Source of the DNA: Terriglobia bacterium
Lineage (GTDB): Bacteria > Acidobacteriota > Terriglobia > Terriglobales > Acidobacteriaceae
Assembly (NCBI GenBank): GCA_963723055.1
Contig: CAVROV010000002.1
Span: forward strand, 98,633 to 162,632
Reading direction: 5' to 3'
Length of the DNA stretch: 64,000 nucleotides
The notes below the pieces were generated by a model, which was not told the DNA's origin, ran no database searches, and saw only the letters and a list, made by a program, of their open reading frames with translations. Made by a program: the position numbers and the translations under genes. Shown here one piece after another: positions 35,678 through 46,127 of the stretch (positions within the stretch are counted from its first letter, which is position 1; every line of letters begins with the position of its first letter).

Positions 35678-36163
35678 TTGTCAACCCCCGTCCCCCAATC
35701 CCGCCTTTCCTGGCTGATCGCCACGTTTTTTGGCATCGGACACCTTCAGCCCGGTTCCGGAACATGGGCTTCTGCGGTCACGATTGGACTGTGGTGGGCT
35801 GCCAGCAATTGGCTTCCCTCAGCCTGGCTAGTTCCCGCAGCCATCACGGTTTCCGCCCTTGTGACCCTGATCGGCATTCCTCCCTCCACTGTAGTGGCGC
35901 GAGAGAGCGGTGTAGAAGACCCCGGATTCGTCGTGATTGATGAAGTCGCCGGCCAGATGATCGCGTTGATTGCCGTTCCGGTGAATTGGAAATACATGCT
36001 GGCGAGTTTTATACTCTTTCGTAGCTTTGACATAGTGAAGCCGTTCCCTCTACGCCGCCTGGAATCGCTGCCCGGAGGAACTGGGATCATGATGGATGAC
36101 GTTGGTGCAGGGCTTTACGCGCTTGCCTTGCTTCAGATATGGCTGCACTTTATAGCGCTTTAG
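35678..36163 (+). CDS. pgpA: phosphatidylglycerophosphatase A
   Basis: FFGIGHLQPGSGTWAS, VIDEVAGQ, FRSFDIVKPFP, MMDDVGAGLYA. Confidence 0.85.
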   Translation: MSTPVPQSRLSWLIATFFGIGHLQPGSGTWASAVTIGLWWAASNWLPSAWLVPAAITVSALVTLIGIPPSTVVARESGVEDPGFVVIDEVAGQMIALIAVPVNWKYMLASFILFRSFDIVKPFPLRRLESLPGGTGIMMDDVGAGLYALALLQIWLHFIAL

Positions 36164-36175
36164 GGCCACACCTCC

Positions 36176-37228
36176 ATGGGAATTACCGAAAGCTTGCTGG
36201 GCAAGAAGAATGTAGATGGCAATCCTTATATTGAAGCCATCGACCCGCCCGCTTCACTTCCCGGAGGCGAGGTACGCATTCTGGGACGCGCGCTGAAGCC
36301 TCCGCAACTGGCGCGTCCCGAAGTCATGTTCAGCGGCATGCGCGGCCCCATCGTGGTGAGTTCTGAAGATTTTGTAATCGCACGCGTGCCTTTTGGCGCT
36401 CAATCTGGTCTGGTCACCGTTCAAAACAATGGATATGTGAGTAACGGCCGTGAACTTAAGATTGCCCAGCCCATAGCCGAGAGCCTGCACCCTGTGGCCA
36501 ATCCCGCTATTGACCCCGACGGCAACATTTACGTCACCTACTCCGGTGGACGCGGACAGAAGGTACCCGTCGCCATTTATAAGATTGACCCTGATTACAA
36601 CGTCAAGCCATTTCTGCCTGAGCTGATGAACGCCACCGGAATGGCCTTTGATCCGCAGGGACACCTTTATGTTTCCTCTCGCTATGACGGCACCGTGTAT
36701 CGGGTGGCGCCGAATGGCACGCTTAGCACCTACGCTGAGGGCATGGGCGTTGCCACGGGCATCGCCTTTGATAAAGCTGGCAATTTATATGTTGGTGATC
36801 GTAGTGGGACAATCTGGCGCATCGCGCCGGACCGGCAAATATTTGTGTTTGCCACTCTGGAACCAAGCATCGCGGCCTATCACCTAGCCTTCGCGCCTGA
36901 CGGCACTCTCTACGTCACCGGTCCAACAACCTCAAGCTTTGACGCCGTCTACAGCGTCGATCCTCATGGCACGGTCGCAGTCTTCTATCGCGGACTGGGA
37001 CGGCCCCAGGGGCTGGCGTTTGATGCCCAAGGCAATCTCTACGTCGCAGCGTCATTAGGTGGCAAGCGCGGTATTGTGAAGATCACCCCGGAAAAGAGCG
37101 CCAGCCTCGTAATCGCGGGGCATGGCCTGATCGGTTTGGCGTTCACGCGGAATGGCGGGGCGGTGCTGGTCACCACCAATGCTGTTTTCCATCTCACATG
37201 GGGCGTGCAGGGCCTGCCTCTCATTTAA
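36176..37228 (+). CDS. IPT/TIG plus NHL/SMP-30-like beta-propeller repeat protein
   Basis: N-terminal IPT-like segment (PGGEVRILG). Repeated G-x-A-F-D-x-x-G-N-L-Y-V blades (GMAFDPQGHLYVS, GIAFDKAGNLYVG, GLAFDAQGNLYVA). Confidence 0.6.
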   Translation: MGITESLLGKKNVDGNPYIEAIDPPASLPGGEVRILGRALKPPQLARPEVMFSGMRGPIVVSSEDFVIARVPFGAQSGLVTVQNNGYVSNGRELKIAQPIAESLHPVANPAIDPDGNIYVTYSGGRGQKVPVAIYKIDPDYNVKPFLPELMNATGMAFDPQGHLYVSSRYDGTVYRVAPNGTLSTYAEGMGVATGIAFDKAGNLYVGDRSGTIWRIAPDRQIFVFATLEPSIAAYHLAFAPDGTLYVTGPTTSSFDAVYSVDPHGTVAVFYRGLGRPQGLAFDAQGNLYVAASLGGKRGIVKITPEKSASLVIAGHGLIGLAFTRNGGAVLVTTNAVFHLTWGVQGLPLI

Positions 37229-37237
37229 ACTGCTTAC

Positions 37238-38485
37238 GTGAACGCTGAAATCATCGCCGTCGGATCGGAGTTGCTGACTCCCTTCCGCCAGGACACGAAC
37301 TCACTCTTCCTCACGGCGCAACTGAACCGGCTGGGCGTGGAAGTAAGCTTCAAAACTATTGTGGGAGATCGCCGCACTGACTTGATAAGCGCAGCGCGCA
37401 TTGCGCTCTCCCGCGCCGATGTTGTCATCTTTATGGGAGGCCTCGGCCCAACTGAGGATGACCTTACGCGCGAGTGCGTGGCGGAAACGTTGGGTCGACC
37501 GCTGAAGCGCCACGCTCGAATTGTGGAAGATTTGCGCGCGCGTTTCGCCGCCCGCGGCTGGAAGATGGCGGAGAACAACGAGCGCCAGGGCGATGTCATT
37601 GACGGCGCAGACGCGCTCGATAACAAACGAGGCTCAGCGCCAGGGCAATTTCTGCATATTAACGATCAGTATGGCCACGCAATCATCATTCTCTTGCCGG
37701 GACCTCCGCATGAACTTAAGGGAATGTTTGAAGAGCACGTTTTCGAGCGACTGAAAAGGCTGGTTCCCGCGCAACACATTGCCACCCGCGAACTCAAAAT
37801 CGGCATGATTGGCGAGTCCATGGTCGACAAGCGCGCCGCTCCTATCTATAAGGCTGCTCAGGGCGTTGAAACCACCATCCTGGCCGGCACCCCGGGAGAA
37901 GTGCAGTTGCATCTCCGTGCACAAGCCAATTCTTTCGAAGAAGCACAAAAGCGTGTGGACGCACTCGCCTCACTGCTTGAAGACGAGTTCGAGGACGCCA
38001 TCTTCGCTACAAAAGGCGAGAGCATGGAACAGATCGTCGGCTATTACCTGGGCATGCGCGAAAAAACTTTGGCCGTAGCGGAGTCCTGTACTGGCGGCAT
38101 GTTGGCCGAGAGAATCACCTCGATTCCAGGCAGCTCGCGTTACTTCCTGGGCGGCGCCGTGGTTTATGACAATTCAGTTAAGACTGCACTGGTCGGGGTG
38201 CCACCGCTGTTGATCGCAGAACATGGCGCCGTTAGCAGCCAGGTTGCAGCCGCGCTGGCCGAAGGCATTCGCAACAACTGCAAATCAAGTTTTGGGATAG
38301 GCATCACGGGTGTAGCCGGCCCGGGGGGCGGATCGGATGAAAAACCCGTGGGTCTCGTCTTCCATGCACTCGCCGACGGCAGCCATACTGAAGTCATCGA
38401 GCGGACTTTCCCCGGTGATCGCGACCGCATACGCCACTGGGCCACGCAGCAGGCCCTCGACATGGTCCGCCGCAAGCTGATGTAA
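37238..38485 (+). CDS. cinA: competence/damage-inducible protein CinA (MoCF-binding plus nicotinamide-nucleotide amidase domains)
   Basis: AEIIAVGSELL, GGLGPTEDDLT, C-terminal AVAESCTGG...GITGVAGPGGG. Confidence 0.9.
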   Translation: MNAEIIAVGSELLTPFRQDTNSLFLTAQLNRLGVEVSFKTIVGDRRTDLISAARIALSRADVVIFMGGLGPTEDDLTRECVAETLGRPLKRHARIVEDLRARFAARGWKMAENNERQGDVIDGADALDNKRGSAPGQFLHINDQYGHAIIILLPGPPHELKGMFEEHVFERLKRLVPAQHIATRELKIGMIGESMVDKRAAPIYKAAQGVETTILAGTPGEVQLHLRAQANSFEEAQKRVDALASLLEDEFEDAIFATKGESMEQIVGYYLGMREKTLAVAESCTGGMLAERITSIPGSSRYFLGGAVVYDNSVKTALVGVPPLLIAEHGAVSSQVAAALAEGIRNNCKSSFGIGITGVAGPGGGSDEKPVGLVFHALADGSHTEVIERTFPGDRDRIRHWATQQALDMVRRKLM

Positions 38486-38486
38486 C

Positions 38487-39029
38487 ATGCGCATCTTCAT
38501 TGCATTGGATATTCCCGCCGACGTCCGCGCCGGTTTGAAGAAATACATGGAAAGCGCACGTCTTCTCGCTCCTGAAGCGCGTTGGGCCCGCGTGGAAGGC
38601 TTGCACGTGACTTTGAAGTTTGTCGGCGAAGTGAGCGAAACCCGCATAGAAGAGATGAAGACTGCACTTGCTGCGGTAAAGGCCGTGCCGTTTGCCGTGC
38701 ACTTTGCAGGTGTGGGCTTCTTTCCTAACGCAAAAGCAGCGCGCGTCTTCTGGGCAGGAGTAGATGGGGGCGACGCTCTTCCGTACCTTGCGTCAACCAT
38801 CGACGCCGCCCTGGAGAAACGGGGCTTCCCGCGTGAAACCAAGCCATACCGCCCGCATCTCACGCTGGCGCGGACGAGTACGCGTCCGTTGCACGAATTG
38901 CAGCCACTGCTGGCCGAACCGCAGCCACAGTTCGGTACAATGACTGCGCGCGAATTCTTTCTGTACCAAAGCCAGCCGCAAAAAGGCGGCTCGAAATACA
39001 CCAAGCTGGAACGGTTCGGGCTGGAATAG
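38487..39029 (+). CDS. thpR: RNA 2',3'-cyclic phosphodiesterase (2H family)
   Basis: MRIFIAL. Two H-x-T-x motifs (HVTLKF, HLTLAR). Confidence 0.85.
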   Translation: MRIFIALDIPADVRAGLKKYMESARLLAPEARWARVEGLHVTLKFVGEVSETRIEEMKTALAAVKAVPFAVHFAGVGFFPNAKAARVFWAGVDGGDALPYLASTIDAALEKRGFPRETKPYRPHLTLARTSTRPLHELQPLLAEPQPQFGTMTAREFFLYQSQPQKGGSKYTKLERFGLE

Positions 39030-39043
39030 CGCACAAGTCATCA

Positions 39044-39706
39044 ATGGTCACTCTTTATTTCATCGTCGCCGTCGCCTCATACCTGCTGGGCTCCATCCCC
39101 TTCGGATATTTGCTGGTGCGCATCATTCGTGGTGAGGATATACGGCTCACCGGCAGCGGAAACATCGGCGCCACTAACGTGGCGCGTTCCGGCGCAAAGG
39201 GACTTGGCATCGCGACACTGGCACTGGACGCGATCAAAGGAGCCTTGGCGGTCTTCCTGGCGCTTGAACTGGCAAATCGTGCCAAGATTTGTGGCATCGA
39301 AGAGTTTTGCTCTTCCGCCCTTCGATTGATGGCTACCGCCTCTCTCGCTGCGGTGCTGGGCCACGTGTTCCCAGTCTGGCTCCGCTTCAAAGGCGGCAAA
39401 GGTGTTGCGACCGCGCTCGGCGTATTTTGTGTTTTGTTTCCCAAAGCCATTTTGGTGGCGCTGGCAATTTTCATTCTTGTTGTAGCGGTCACCCGATACG
39501 TATCTCTCGGGTCAATTCTGGGTGCTATCGCATTTCCCGTTGCCGCATATTTCATGCAAAACGCAGACTGGCTCTCTTTGCTTCTTGCTTCCGGCGTGTC
39601 GCTGATCATCGTTCTCAAGCATCATCAGAATATCGGCCGCCTCATGTCCGGCACGGAGAACCGATTCGGCGGGAACAAATCTCAAATCGCGGAGAAACAA
39701 CTTTGA
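39044..39706 (+). CDS. plsY: glycerol-3-phosphate acyltransferase PlsY
   Basis: GSIPFGYLL, GSGNIGATNV, FKGGKGVAT. Confidence 0.9.
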   Translation: MVTLYFIVAVASYLLGSIPFGYLLVRIIRGEDIRLTGSGNIGATNVARSGAKGLGIATLALDAIKGALAVFLALELANRAKICGIEEFCSSALRLMATASLAAVLGHVFPVWLRFKGGKGVATALGVFCVLFPKAILVALAIFILVVAVTRYVSLGSILGAIAFPVAAYFMQNADWLSLLLASGVSLIIVLKHHQNIGRLMSGTENRFGGNKSQIAEKQL

Positions 39707-40719
39707 GCCGGATTGCCGTCATCGGCGCTGGCGCATGGGGAACTGCCCTGGCGATGGTGGCAGGCCGCCGGGGCGACCACGAAGTCCGCCTGTGGGCACT
39801 GGAAAAAGAAGTCCTACAAAGCATCTCCGAGTCGCGCACCAATGATTTGTTTCTTCCCGGCTGCGCACTGCCCTCGATCACCGCTACCAATGATTTCAAG
39901 GAAGCTCTAGCTGGCGTGGAAATCATTGTCAGCGTGATGCCCTCGCACCATTGCCGCCGAACGTTCGAACACATGGCGCAGTGGCTTCAGCCGCAAATGC
40001 TTTTTGTGAGTGCCACCAAGGGCATTGAAAATGACACGCTCCTCCGCATGACTGAAGTCATCCATGAAGTGGTGGGGCGCTTTTGCGGATTTGAGCCAAA
40101 GATCGGCGCCATCAGCGGCCCATCGTTCGCCAAGGAAGTTGCAGAAAAACACCCAACAGCGGTCACCGTTGCCTCTGCTGACAGCGCCTTGGCGGCGCGC
40201 GTACAAAAAGACTTTAGCGATCCCAGCTTCCGCGTTTATATGAATGACGATCTCACAGGCGTGGAGTTGGGTGGCGCACTCAAGAATGTAATTGCGATTG
40301 CCGCAGGCGTGTGCAGTGGCCTGGGACTCGGCCATAATTCCGTGGCCGCGTTGATCACTCGCGGGCTGGCCGAGATGACCAGACTCGCCGTGGCATGCGG
40401 CGCCAAGCCACAAACCATGTTTGGCCTGGCCGGAATAGGGGACCTGGTGCTCACCTGCACTGGAGGCCTTTCCCGAAACCGCAGCGTGGGTGAGGCGCTT
40501 GGTCAAGGACAACCTCTACAAGAGATTATCGCCGGCATGCACGGCATGGTGGCGGAAGGCGTCCTTACCACGAATGCCGCCCTGGGGCTGGCAAAGAAAC
40601 ACAGTGTCGAGATGCCCATTACCGAGCAGATGTACGCCATCCTGCATGACGGTAAATCCGCGCATGACGCAATTCGAGAACTCATGACCCGTCCCGGCAA
40701 AGTGGAAGACAAATTCTAA
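39703..40719 (+). CDS. gpsA: NAD(P)H-dependent glycerol-3-phosphate dehydrogenase
   Basis: TTG at 39703 overlaps the plsY stop (TTGA). IAVIGAGAWGTALA Rossmann motif, GPSFAKEV, LKNVIAIAAG. The longer ORF from 39289 lies inside plsY. Confidence 0.9.
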   Translation: MSRIAVIGAGAWGTALAMVAGRRGDHEVRLWALEKEVLQSISESRTNDLFLPGCALPSITATNDFKEALAGVEIIVSVMPSHHCRRTFEHMAQWLQPQMLFVSATKGIENDTLLRMTEVIHEVVGRFCGFEPKIGAISGPSFAKEVAEKHPTAVTVASADSALAARVQKDFSDPSFRVYMNDDLTGVELGGALKNVIAIAAGVCSGLGLGHNSVAALITRGLAEMTRLAVACGAKPQTMFGLAGIGDLVLTCTGGLSRNRSVGEALGQGQPLQEIIAGMHGMVAEGVLTTNAALGLAKKHSVEMPITEQMYAILHDGKSAHDAIRELMTRPGKVEDKF

Positions 40720-40912
40720 GAGTCTGCTCCTGTAGTCAATTCAGGGCCTCAAAAAGTACCTCATACCGGGCGTATATTTCCCGGCTCGGGCCTTGACTGA
40801 ATCGATACCCAGCGGAGCTCTTGAGTACTTCCGTAATCGAGGGAAAAGGCTCTTTTTTGGTTAGATTTACGGTGGTTTCAGCATACAATTTGAGGATTAC
40901 GTCTCTGGCTTT

Positions 40913-42706
40913 ATGAAACTTCCGCTGCCTGCCCGGATACCGATTCTGTACCTGATTCTCATCGTCTTGATAGCGGTGGGCGTGGTGCCACTTTATTTCT
41001 ATGCCACCAAGATGGTGGCGCGAAATCGCGAGACCCTGGGAAGCAATGAGAAGCTCTTGCAGAACAGTGTGACCACCACGCTGGCCCAGTCGATTGCACA
41101 ACGTGAGAAGGATATCGGATCCACCCTCTCCAGTCTGGCTTTCTCTATCAAGGTGACCAGCAGCGGCAACCTGAGCGGTAAGAACGTTGAAGCGGCGGAC
41201 ATACGAGCGCTGCTGCAGAATTACATTGAAGACCCTGACTCCATCGTGCCGTATGCCCGGCTGGTAAACACTGAAAACCAGTCAATGATGAATATGGGCA
41301 CCATTGAGCCTGATACCTTCCTGGAAAAGGAACTCGACCGCGGGCTGGCTGCTGCTCGTGCAGGACGCGAATACAATGGAGATCCGCTTTCCGTGGGTTC
41401 CGGCAAACAGACCCGCACCGTCATGGTAGTAGCCAAGCCGGTCCTGAGCGATGATCACGTATATCTCGGATCGCTGGAACTGGTGATTGACCTGCAATAT
41501 CTGGTTAAGCAGCTCCAGCAAGCCAAAAGCACACAGAACCTGGATACCTTTGTTGTCGACCGCTCAGGTCGCGTCGTCGCATCGCCTAGTCCGCGGTATG
41601 CCACCGGACAGGACATGAACTCCAATGAGCTGGTGAAAAACTTTGTCGACCAGAAAGGCAAAGTGCCGGTCGCCGTCACCATGGACTATTCAGTCCAGGA
41701 AGGCAAGAACCGGATTCCCATGCTGGGCACCTACTTTCCCGTGACCGCGTTGGGCTGGGCTGTAGTAGCGCAAAAGACGCAGGAAGAAGCGTACATGGAT
41801 ATTACTGACATGCGTCGCGACGCCTGGCGCGCCGCGTTAATCGCGATTGCCTTCAGCATCTTTGTTGGCATCTGGGCCGCCCGGCGTCTCACTACTCCGC
41901 TGCATGTGCTGACTGAATCCAGCCGCACCATCGCCGGTGGCGATTTCACCCACCGCGTTCGTTTGAAGAGCCGCACTGAGTTCGGCGAACTGGCGCAGAC
42001 CTTCAACACCATGACGGACGATCTGGAACAGTTCGTCGATGACCTCAGGACAGCCGCGCAGGAAAACCGCACGCTGTTCCTGAACTCCATTCAGATGCTG
42101 GCCGGCGCGGTTGACGAAAAAGATCCGTATACACGCGGCCACTCTGACCGCGTAACGCGTTACTCCGTTCTCATCGCCACGGAAATGGGTTTGAAAGAAG
42201 AAGATATCGAAAAGATTCGCGTCTCCGCCCAGTTGCATGACGTGGGGAAGATTGGCATTGAAGACCGCATCCTGAAGAAACCAGGCGCGCTCACCCCGGA
42301 AGAATTTGAAATCATGAAAACGCACACCACCAAGGGTGCTGCAATTCTGCGTCCGGTAGAAGCCTTGCGTGACATGCTGCCGGGCATTGAGCTACATCAT
42401 GAATCGCTGGATGGACGTGGCTATCCTCACGGCCTCAAGGGCGACCAGATTCCCCTGATGCCGCGGATCATTATGGTTGCAGACACCTTTGACGCCATGA
42501 CCACGAACCGTCCCTATCAGGCTGCCATGGATCCGGAATATGTAATCCGCATCATCAATTCGCTCGCGGCCACCAAGTTTGATCCCACAGTAGTGGCGGC
42601 CATGACCAAGGTGTTTGAGACGGGCAAGTTGCGCATCCATCGCGCAGCCACGGTAAGCGGCGAAGAGGCTGCTGCCGCTGCTGTCAGCGCACCCACACAA
42701 GCGTAG
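40913..42706 (+). CDS. membrane sensor HD-GYP phosphodiesterase (Cache-like periplasmic domain, HAMP, HD-GYP)
   Basis: Two TM segments flank a domain of about 270 aa. HAMP (RRLTTPLHVLTESSRTIAGGDF). HD...HHESLDGRGYPHGL. Confidence 0.85.
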   Translation: MKLPLPARIPILYLILIVLIAVGVVPLYFYATKMVARNRETLGSNEKLLQNSVTTTLAQSIAQREKDIGSTLSSLAFSIKVTSSGNLSGKNVEAADIRALLQNYIEDPDSIVPYARLVNTENQSMMNMGTIEPDTFLEKELDRGLAAARAGREYNGDPLSVGSGKQTRTVMVVAKPVLSDDHVYLGSLELVIDLQYLVKQLQQAKSTQNLDTFVVDRSGRVVASPSPRYATGQDMNSNELVKNFVDQKGKVPVAVTMDYSVQEGKNRIPMLGTYFPVTALGWAVVAQKTQEEAYMDITDMRRDAWRAALIAIAFSIFVGIWAARRLTTPLHVLTESSRTIAGGDFTHRVRLKSRTEFGELAQTFNTMTDDLEQFVDDLRTAAQENRTLFLNSIQMLAGAVDEKDPYTRGHSDRVTRYSVLIATEMGLKEEDIEKIRVSAQLHDVGKIGIEDRILKKPGALTPEEFEIMKTHTTKGAAILRPVEALRDMLPGIELHHESLDGRGYPHGLKGDQIPLMPRIIMVADTFDAMTTNRPYQAAMDPEYVIRIINSLAATKFDPTVVAAMTKVFETGKLRIHRAATVSGEEAAAAAVSAPTQA

Positions 42707-42755
42707 CGTTTTGCCGTGGTTCACTAAAAGGCTGGAGCCTTTCGCATTGGATGAC

Positions 42756-43007
42756 TTACCTTTTTCTCAGCTTTAGTCCTTCTTCTTTCAAGCTGAGGAA
42801 CCAGAGGTATATTTCATCCACACGCTGGATGTCCTTCTCCAGCATTACGCGATCGGCATATCTTCGGATGTAGTTTTCTTCGTGTCCCCGTTTGAGCACA
42901 GTCACAACCTCGAACAGTTCATGCACCTTGGCATGCATGATGCGCAAATCCGCGACCAGGCGCACTTCTTCAATATTGAGGTGTAGCTCATTGTCTGATT
43001 TGCTCAT
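42756..43007 (-). CDS. hypothetical small protein
   Basis: 83-aa ORF, charged and helical. No family recognised. Confidence 0.35.
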   Translation of the reverse strand: MSKSDNELHLNIEEVRLVADLRIMHAKVHELFEVVTVLKRGHEENYIRRYADRVMLEKDIQRVDEIYLWFLSLKEEGLKLRKR

Positions 43008-43245
43008 CTTGTTCTCGCTCTCCCGGAAGTCATGTGCTTATACAAGTTTAGATGCCTCCTGGCTGCTTCCCGAGCTGCAGAATGAATGGAAAACAACGTG
43101 AAAACCAGCGAATCCTTCAACTACTCTCAAACTGTAGCTCAAGCTGCGGGCTGATTGTCTCGTAAATCCATCGCAGGAGCCTTATCAGTGAATACCGGCG
43201 CGCACTACCGATATAATCAAAGGTTCGCCAAACACCCATAACGCA

Positions 43246-44196
43246 ATGATTCAGACCTTATTTGGAACACCGCAACCCTCCTTTCTTGACAAGATGAAGC
43301 AGGCGGTCACGCGCACGCGCGAGAACCTGAGCGACCGCATTGATGAAGTGATGGCCCTCACCAAGGAGATCGACAGCAGCACGCTGGACGATCTGGAAGG
43401 AATTCTGCTCGGCGCTGACCTGGGCATGAACACCACGCAGGAGATATTGTCCAAACTCCGCGAAAAAGCCGACCGCAAGCAGATCAAGGATGCAGCCGAG
43501 CTCAAGAAGCTGATCAAGGAACAAGTGCTTGCCATCCTGAACGCAACTCCGGCCCGCGCCGGCAAGCCCGCCAAAGGGGAGCCCGAAGTCATCATGGTGG
43601 TCGGCGTGAATGGCACGGGAAAAACTACCACCATCGGGAAGTTGGCGCATGCCTTGCGCACCGAACGGAAAACCGTTCTGCTTTGCGCCGCAGACACCTT
43701 TCGCGCCGCCGCCATTGAGCAACTTGAGGTCTGGGGCTCGCGTACAGGCGTGGAAGTGATCAAAACGAAGCCGGGCGGAGATCCCTCTGCGGTTCTTTAT
43801 GACGCGCTTGCCGCCGCCAAGGCGCGCCATACCGACAGCGTGATCGTCGATACAGCGGGACGCCTTCACACCAAGACCAGCTTGATGGCGGAGTTGGAAA
43901 AGATGAAACGTACCGCGCAGCGCATTATTCCGGGAGCCCCGCACGAAGTTCTGCTGGTGATGGACGCCACCACCGGCCAGAACGGATTGCAGCAGGCACG
44001 ACTGTTTACGGAATCCGCGGGAGTGACGGGAATTGTTCTGACCAAGCTCGACGGTACAGCGAAAGGTGGAGTTGTGATTGCGATCTCGCGCGAACTTGGC
44101 TTGCCGGTACGCTATGTAGGAGTGGGTGAAAAGGCCGGCGATCTGTTGCCGTTCAATGCGGAGAATTTTGCCGATTCGCTGTTCTCTACGACCTAG
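43246..44196 (+). CDS. ftsY: signal recognition particle receptor FtsY
   Basis: NG domain: GVNGTGKTTTIGKL, DTFRAAA, DTAGRLH, TKLDGTAKGG. Confidence 0.9.
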   Translation: MIQTLFGTPQPSFLDKMKQAVTRTRENLSDRIDEVMALTKEIDSSTLDDLEGILLGADLGMNTTQEILSKLREKADRKQIKDAAELKKLIKEQVLAILNATPARAGKPAKGEPEVIMVVGVNGTGKTTTIGKLAHALRTERKTVLLCAADTFRAAAIEQLEVWGSRTGVEVIKTKPGGDPSAVLYDALAAAKARHTDSVIVDTAGRLHTKTSLMAELEKMKRTAQRIIPGAPHEVLLVMDATTGQNGLQQARLFTESAGVTGIVLTKLDGTAKGGVVIAISRELGLPVRYVGVGEKAGDLLPFNAENFADSLFSTT

Positions 44197-44224
44197 CTCG
44201 CTCCCGGCCGTTTTCGCTTAACCT

Positions 44225-45403
44225 ATGGCGGTTTCTGCACAAGACGAACAATTCATGCGCCGGGCTCTCGACCTTGCCCGCCGCGGCAGCGGCCTCACGT
44301 CGCCGGGCGCTCGCGTGGGCGCAGTTATTGTGGACGGCCAGGGGCAGCTCGCAGGCGAAGGCTTCTATACCTTTGACGGTCTGAAGCACGCCGAAGTCAT
44401 TGCCCTGGAGCAGGCTGGCCCGCGCGCTCGCGGCGGGACCATCTATCTCAACCTTGAACCGCATTGCCATCAGGGTCGCACACCGCCTTGTACTGACGCG
44501 CTGATCGCTGCGGGTATCAAACGTGTTGTCGCGGCCATGGCAGACCCAAATCCCAAGGTTGCGGGAAAAGGATTTAAACAACTCAGCGCAGCAGGTATCA
44601 CCGTTGAAACAGGCTTGCTCGAAGCAGAAGCTCGCCGGATCAATGAAGCCTTTGCTCGCCACATCCTGACCGGCCTGCCGCTAGTCACGTTAAAGTCGGG
44701 CATGACGCTCGATGGCAAAATCGCTCCGCCACCACGCGACTCGTTCAACCCGTCCGCTCTGGGAGCAACGGGCACCACTGGCGGCTGGATCACCAGCGAG
44801 GAAGCTCGCTCCCATGTTCAGGAATTGCGTCATGAGTCAGACGCAATTATGGTTGGCGTTGGCACCATCATCGCGGACGACCCGCTCCTTACAGACCGAA
44901 CCGGTCTTTCCCGCCGGCGTCCCCTGCTGCGAGTGGTGCTTGATTCGCGCCTGCGCTGCCCGCTGGAATCGCGGCTGGTCAAGACTGCCAAAGATGATGT
45001 CCTGATCTTCTGCTCGTTTGCGGAAGAAAAAAAACGCCGTCTTCTGGAAGAACACGGCATCCGTGTGGAACAAGTTCCGCTCGGCTCCAGCGACGGGCGG
45101 CCTGACCTTGCAAAAATCATCGCTCGCCTGGGCGAACTGGAGATCACTAGCCTTCTGATTGAAGGAGGCGCACTGGTAAACTGGACCGCGCTTGCAACTA
45201 GCGTGGTGGATAAGGTTTTTCTGTATTATGCACCCAAGATTCTTGCGGGTGGTGGCTCGGTCCCTTTTGCCGGCGGTGAAGGATTCCGCCGCCTGAGTGA
45301 AGCCGCGCAGGTGAAGGACATTGTTCTGCATCGCTTTGGTGAGGATTTTGCCGTCGAAGGCTACCTGCGCGATCCTTACGTAGCGCCGGAGGCGTATATC
45401 TGA
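44225..45403 (+). CDS. ribD: bifunctional riboflavin deaminase/reductase RibD
   Basis: CMP/dCMP deaminase zinc motif HAEV...LEPHCHQGRTPPC, then the reductase domain VTLKSGMTLDGKIA. Confidence 0.9.
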   Translation: MAVSAQDEQFMRRALDLARRGSGLTSPGARVGAVIVDGQGQLAGEGFYTFDGLKHAEVIALEQAGPRARGGTIYLNLEPHCHQGRTPPCTDALIAAGIKRVVAAMADPNPKVAGKGFKQLSAAGITVETGLLEAEARRINEAFARHILTGLPLVTLKSGMTLDGKIAPPPRDSFNPSALGATGTTGGWITSEEARSHVQELRHESDAIMVGVGTIIADDPLLTDRTGLSRRRPLLRVVLDSRLRCPLESRLVKTAKDDVLIFCSFAEEKKRRLLEEHGIRVEQVPLGSSDGRPDLAKIIARLGELEITSLLIEGGALVNWTALATSVVDKVFLYYAPKILAGGGSVPFAGGEGFRRLSEAAQVKDIVLHRFGEDFAVEGYLRDPYVAPEAYI

Positions 45404-46059
45404 TGTTTACCGGACTCATCGAGGAAACGGGCGAAATTGCCTCTACCGAGCGCGTGGCTGGGCAGAACCGTGGCTCCGTCACCCGTATCACCATCAAGGC
45501 TGGCAAGATTCCCTCCGAACTAAAGACTGGCGATAGCGTAGCCGTAAGTGGCGTTTGCCTCACTGCTCTCGATATCAGCGAACACCAATTTTCAGCGGAC
45601 TTGGCGGAGGAAACCTTAGAGCGGACGTCGTTGCAACACCTTAAAACCGGTTCACTCGTAAATCTGGAATTGCCGGCCAAGGCCCAGGACCGCATGGGAG
45701 GACACGTGGTGCAGGGGCACGTCGACGGAGTGGGTTCTATCATCAGCTTACAGAAGATTAAGTATCGCGATGACTGGCGCCTTATCGTCGAACTTCCGGC
45801 CGCGCTCTCGCGGTACGTGGTTTCTCAAGGCTCAATTACGGTAGAAGGAATCAGCCTGACGGTGGCTGCCATCGAAGTGAATCGTGTCGAGATTGCCATC
45901 ATTCCGCATACCTGGAAGGCGACCAACCTGCGCGCTCTACGCGAAGGCGATCCGGTCAATATCGAAGTGGATGTCCTGGCGAAATACGCGGAGAAAATGA
46001 CGCACGGCAAGACGTCCGGCAAGCTTACGACAGGAGATCTCATCCAACGGGGCTTCTAG
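45403..46059 (+). CDS. ribE: riboflavin synthase
   Basis: MFTGLIEETGEI, GDSVAVSGVCLT, GSITVEGISLTV. ATG overlaps the ribD stop. Confidence 0.9.
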   Translation: MFTGLIEETGEIASTERVAGQNRGSVTRITIKAGKIPSELKTGDSVAVSGVCLTALDISEHQFSADLAEETLERTSLQHLKTGSLVNLELPAKAQDRMGGHVVQGHVDGVGSIISLQKIKYRDDWRLIVELPAALSRYVVSQGSITVEGISLTVAAIEVNRVEIAIIPHTWKATNLRALREGDPVNIEVDVLAKYAEKMTHGKTSGKLTTGDLIQRGF

Positions 46060-46094
46060 ATTATCCTGAAACACCGGATCATTCTGCAAGCAAA

Positions 46095-46127
46095 AGATCA
46101 GCACGCCAGGTTCGACCGTGCTGATCT
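46095..46127 (+). terminator. possible terminator hairpin after ribE
   Basis: agatcagcacg-(11 nt)-cgtgctgatct, perfect 11-bp arms, followed only by a weak T tract (tttc). Confidence 0.4.

Noticed and set aside
39289-39702. Long N-terminal extension of the gpsA ORF
   Set aside because: It lies inside plsY in another frame. The GxGxxG Rossmann motif begins right after TTG 39703, which overlaps the plsY stop.
44197-44224. FMN riboswitch upstream of ribD
   Set aside because: Only 28 nt separate ftsY and ribD, too short for the aptamer. None of the conserved FMN-element motifs was seen.
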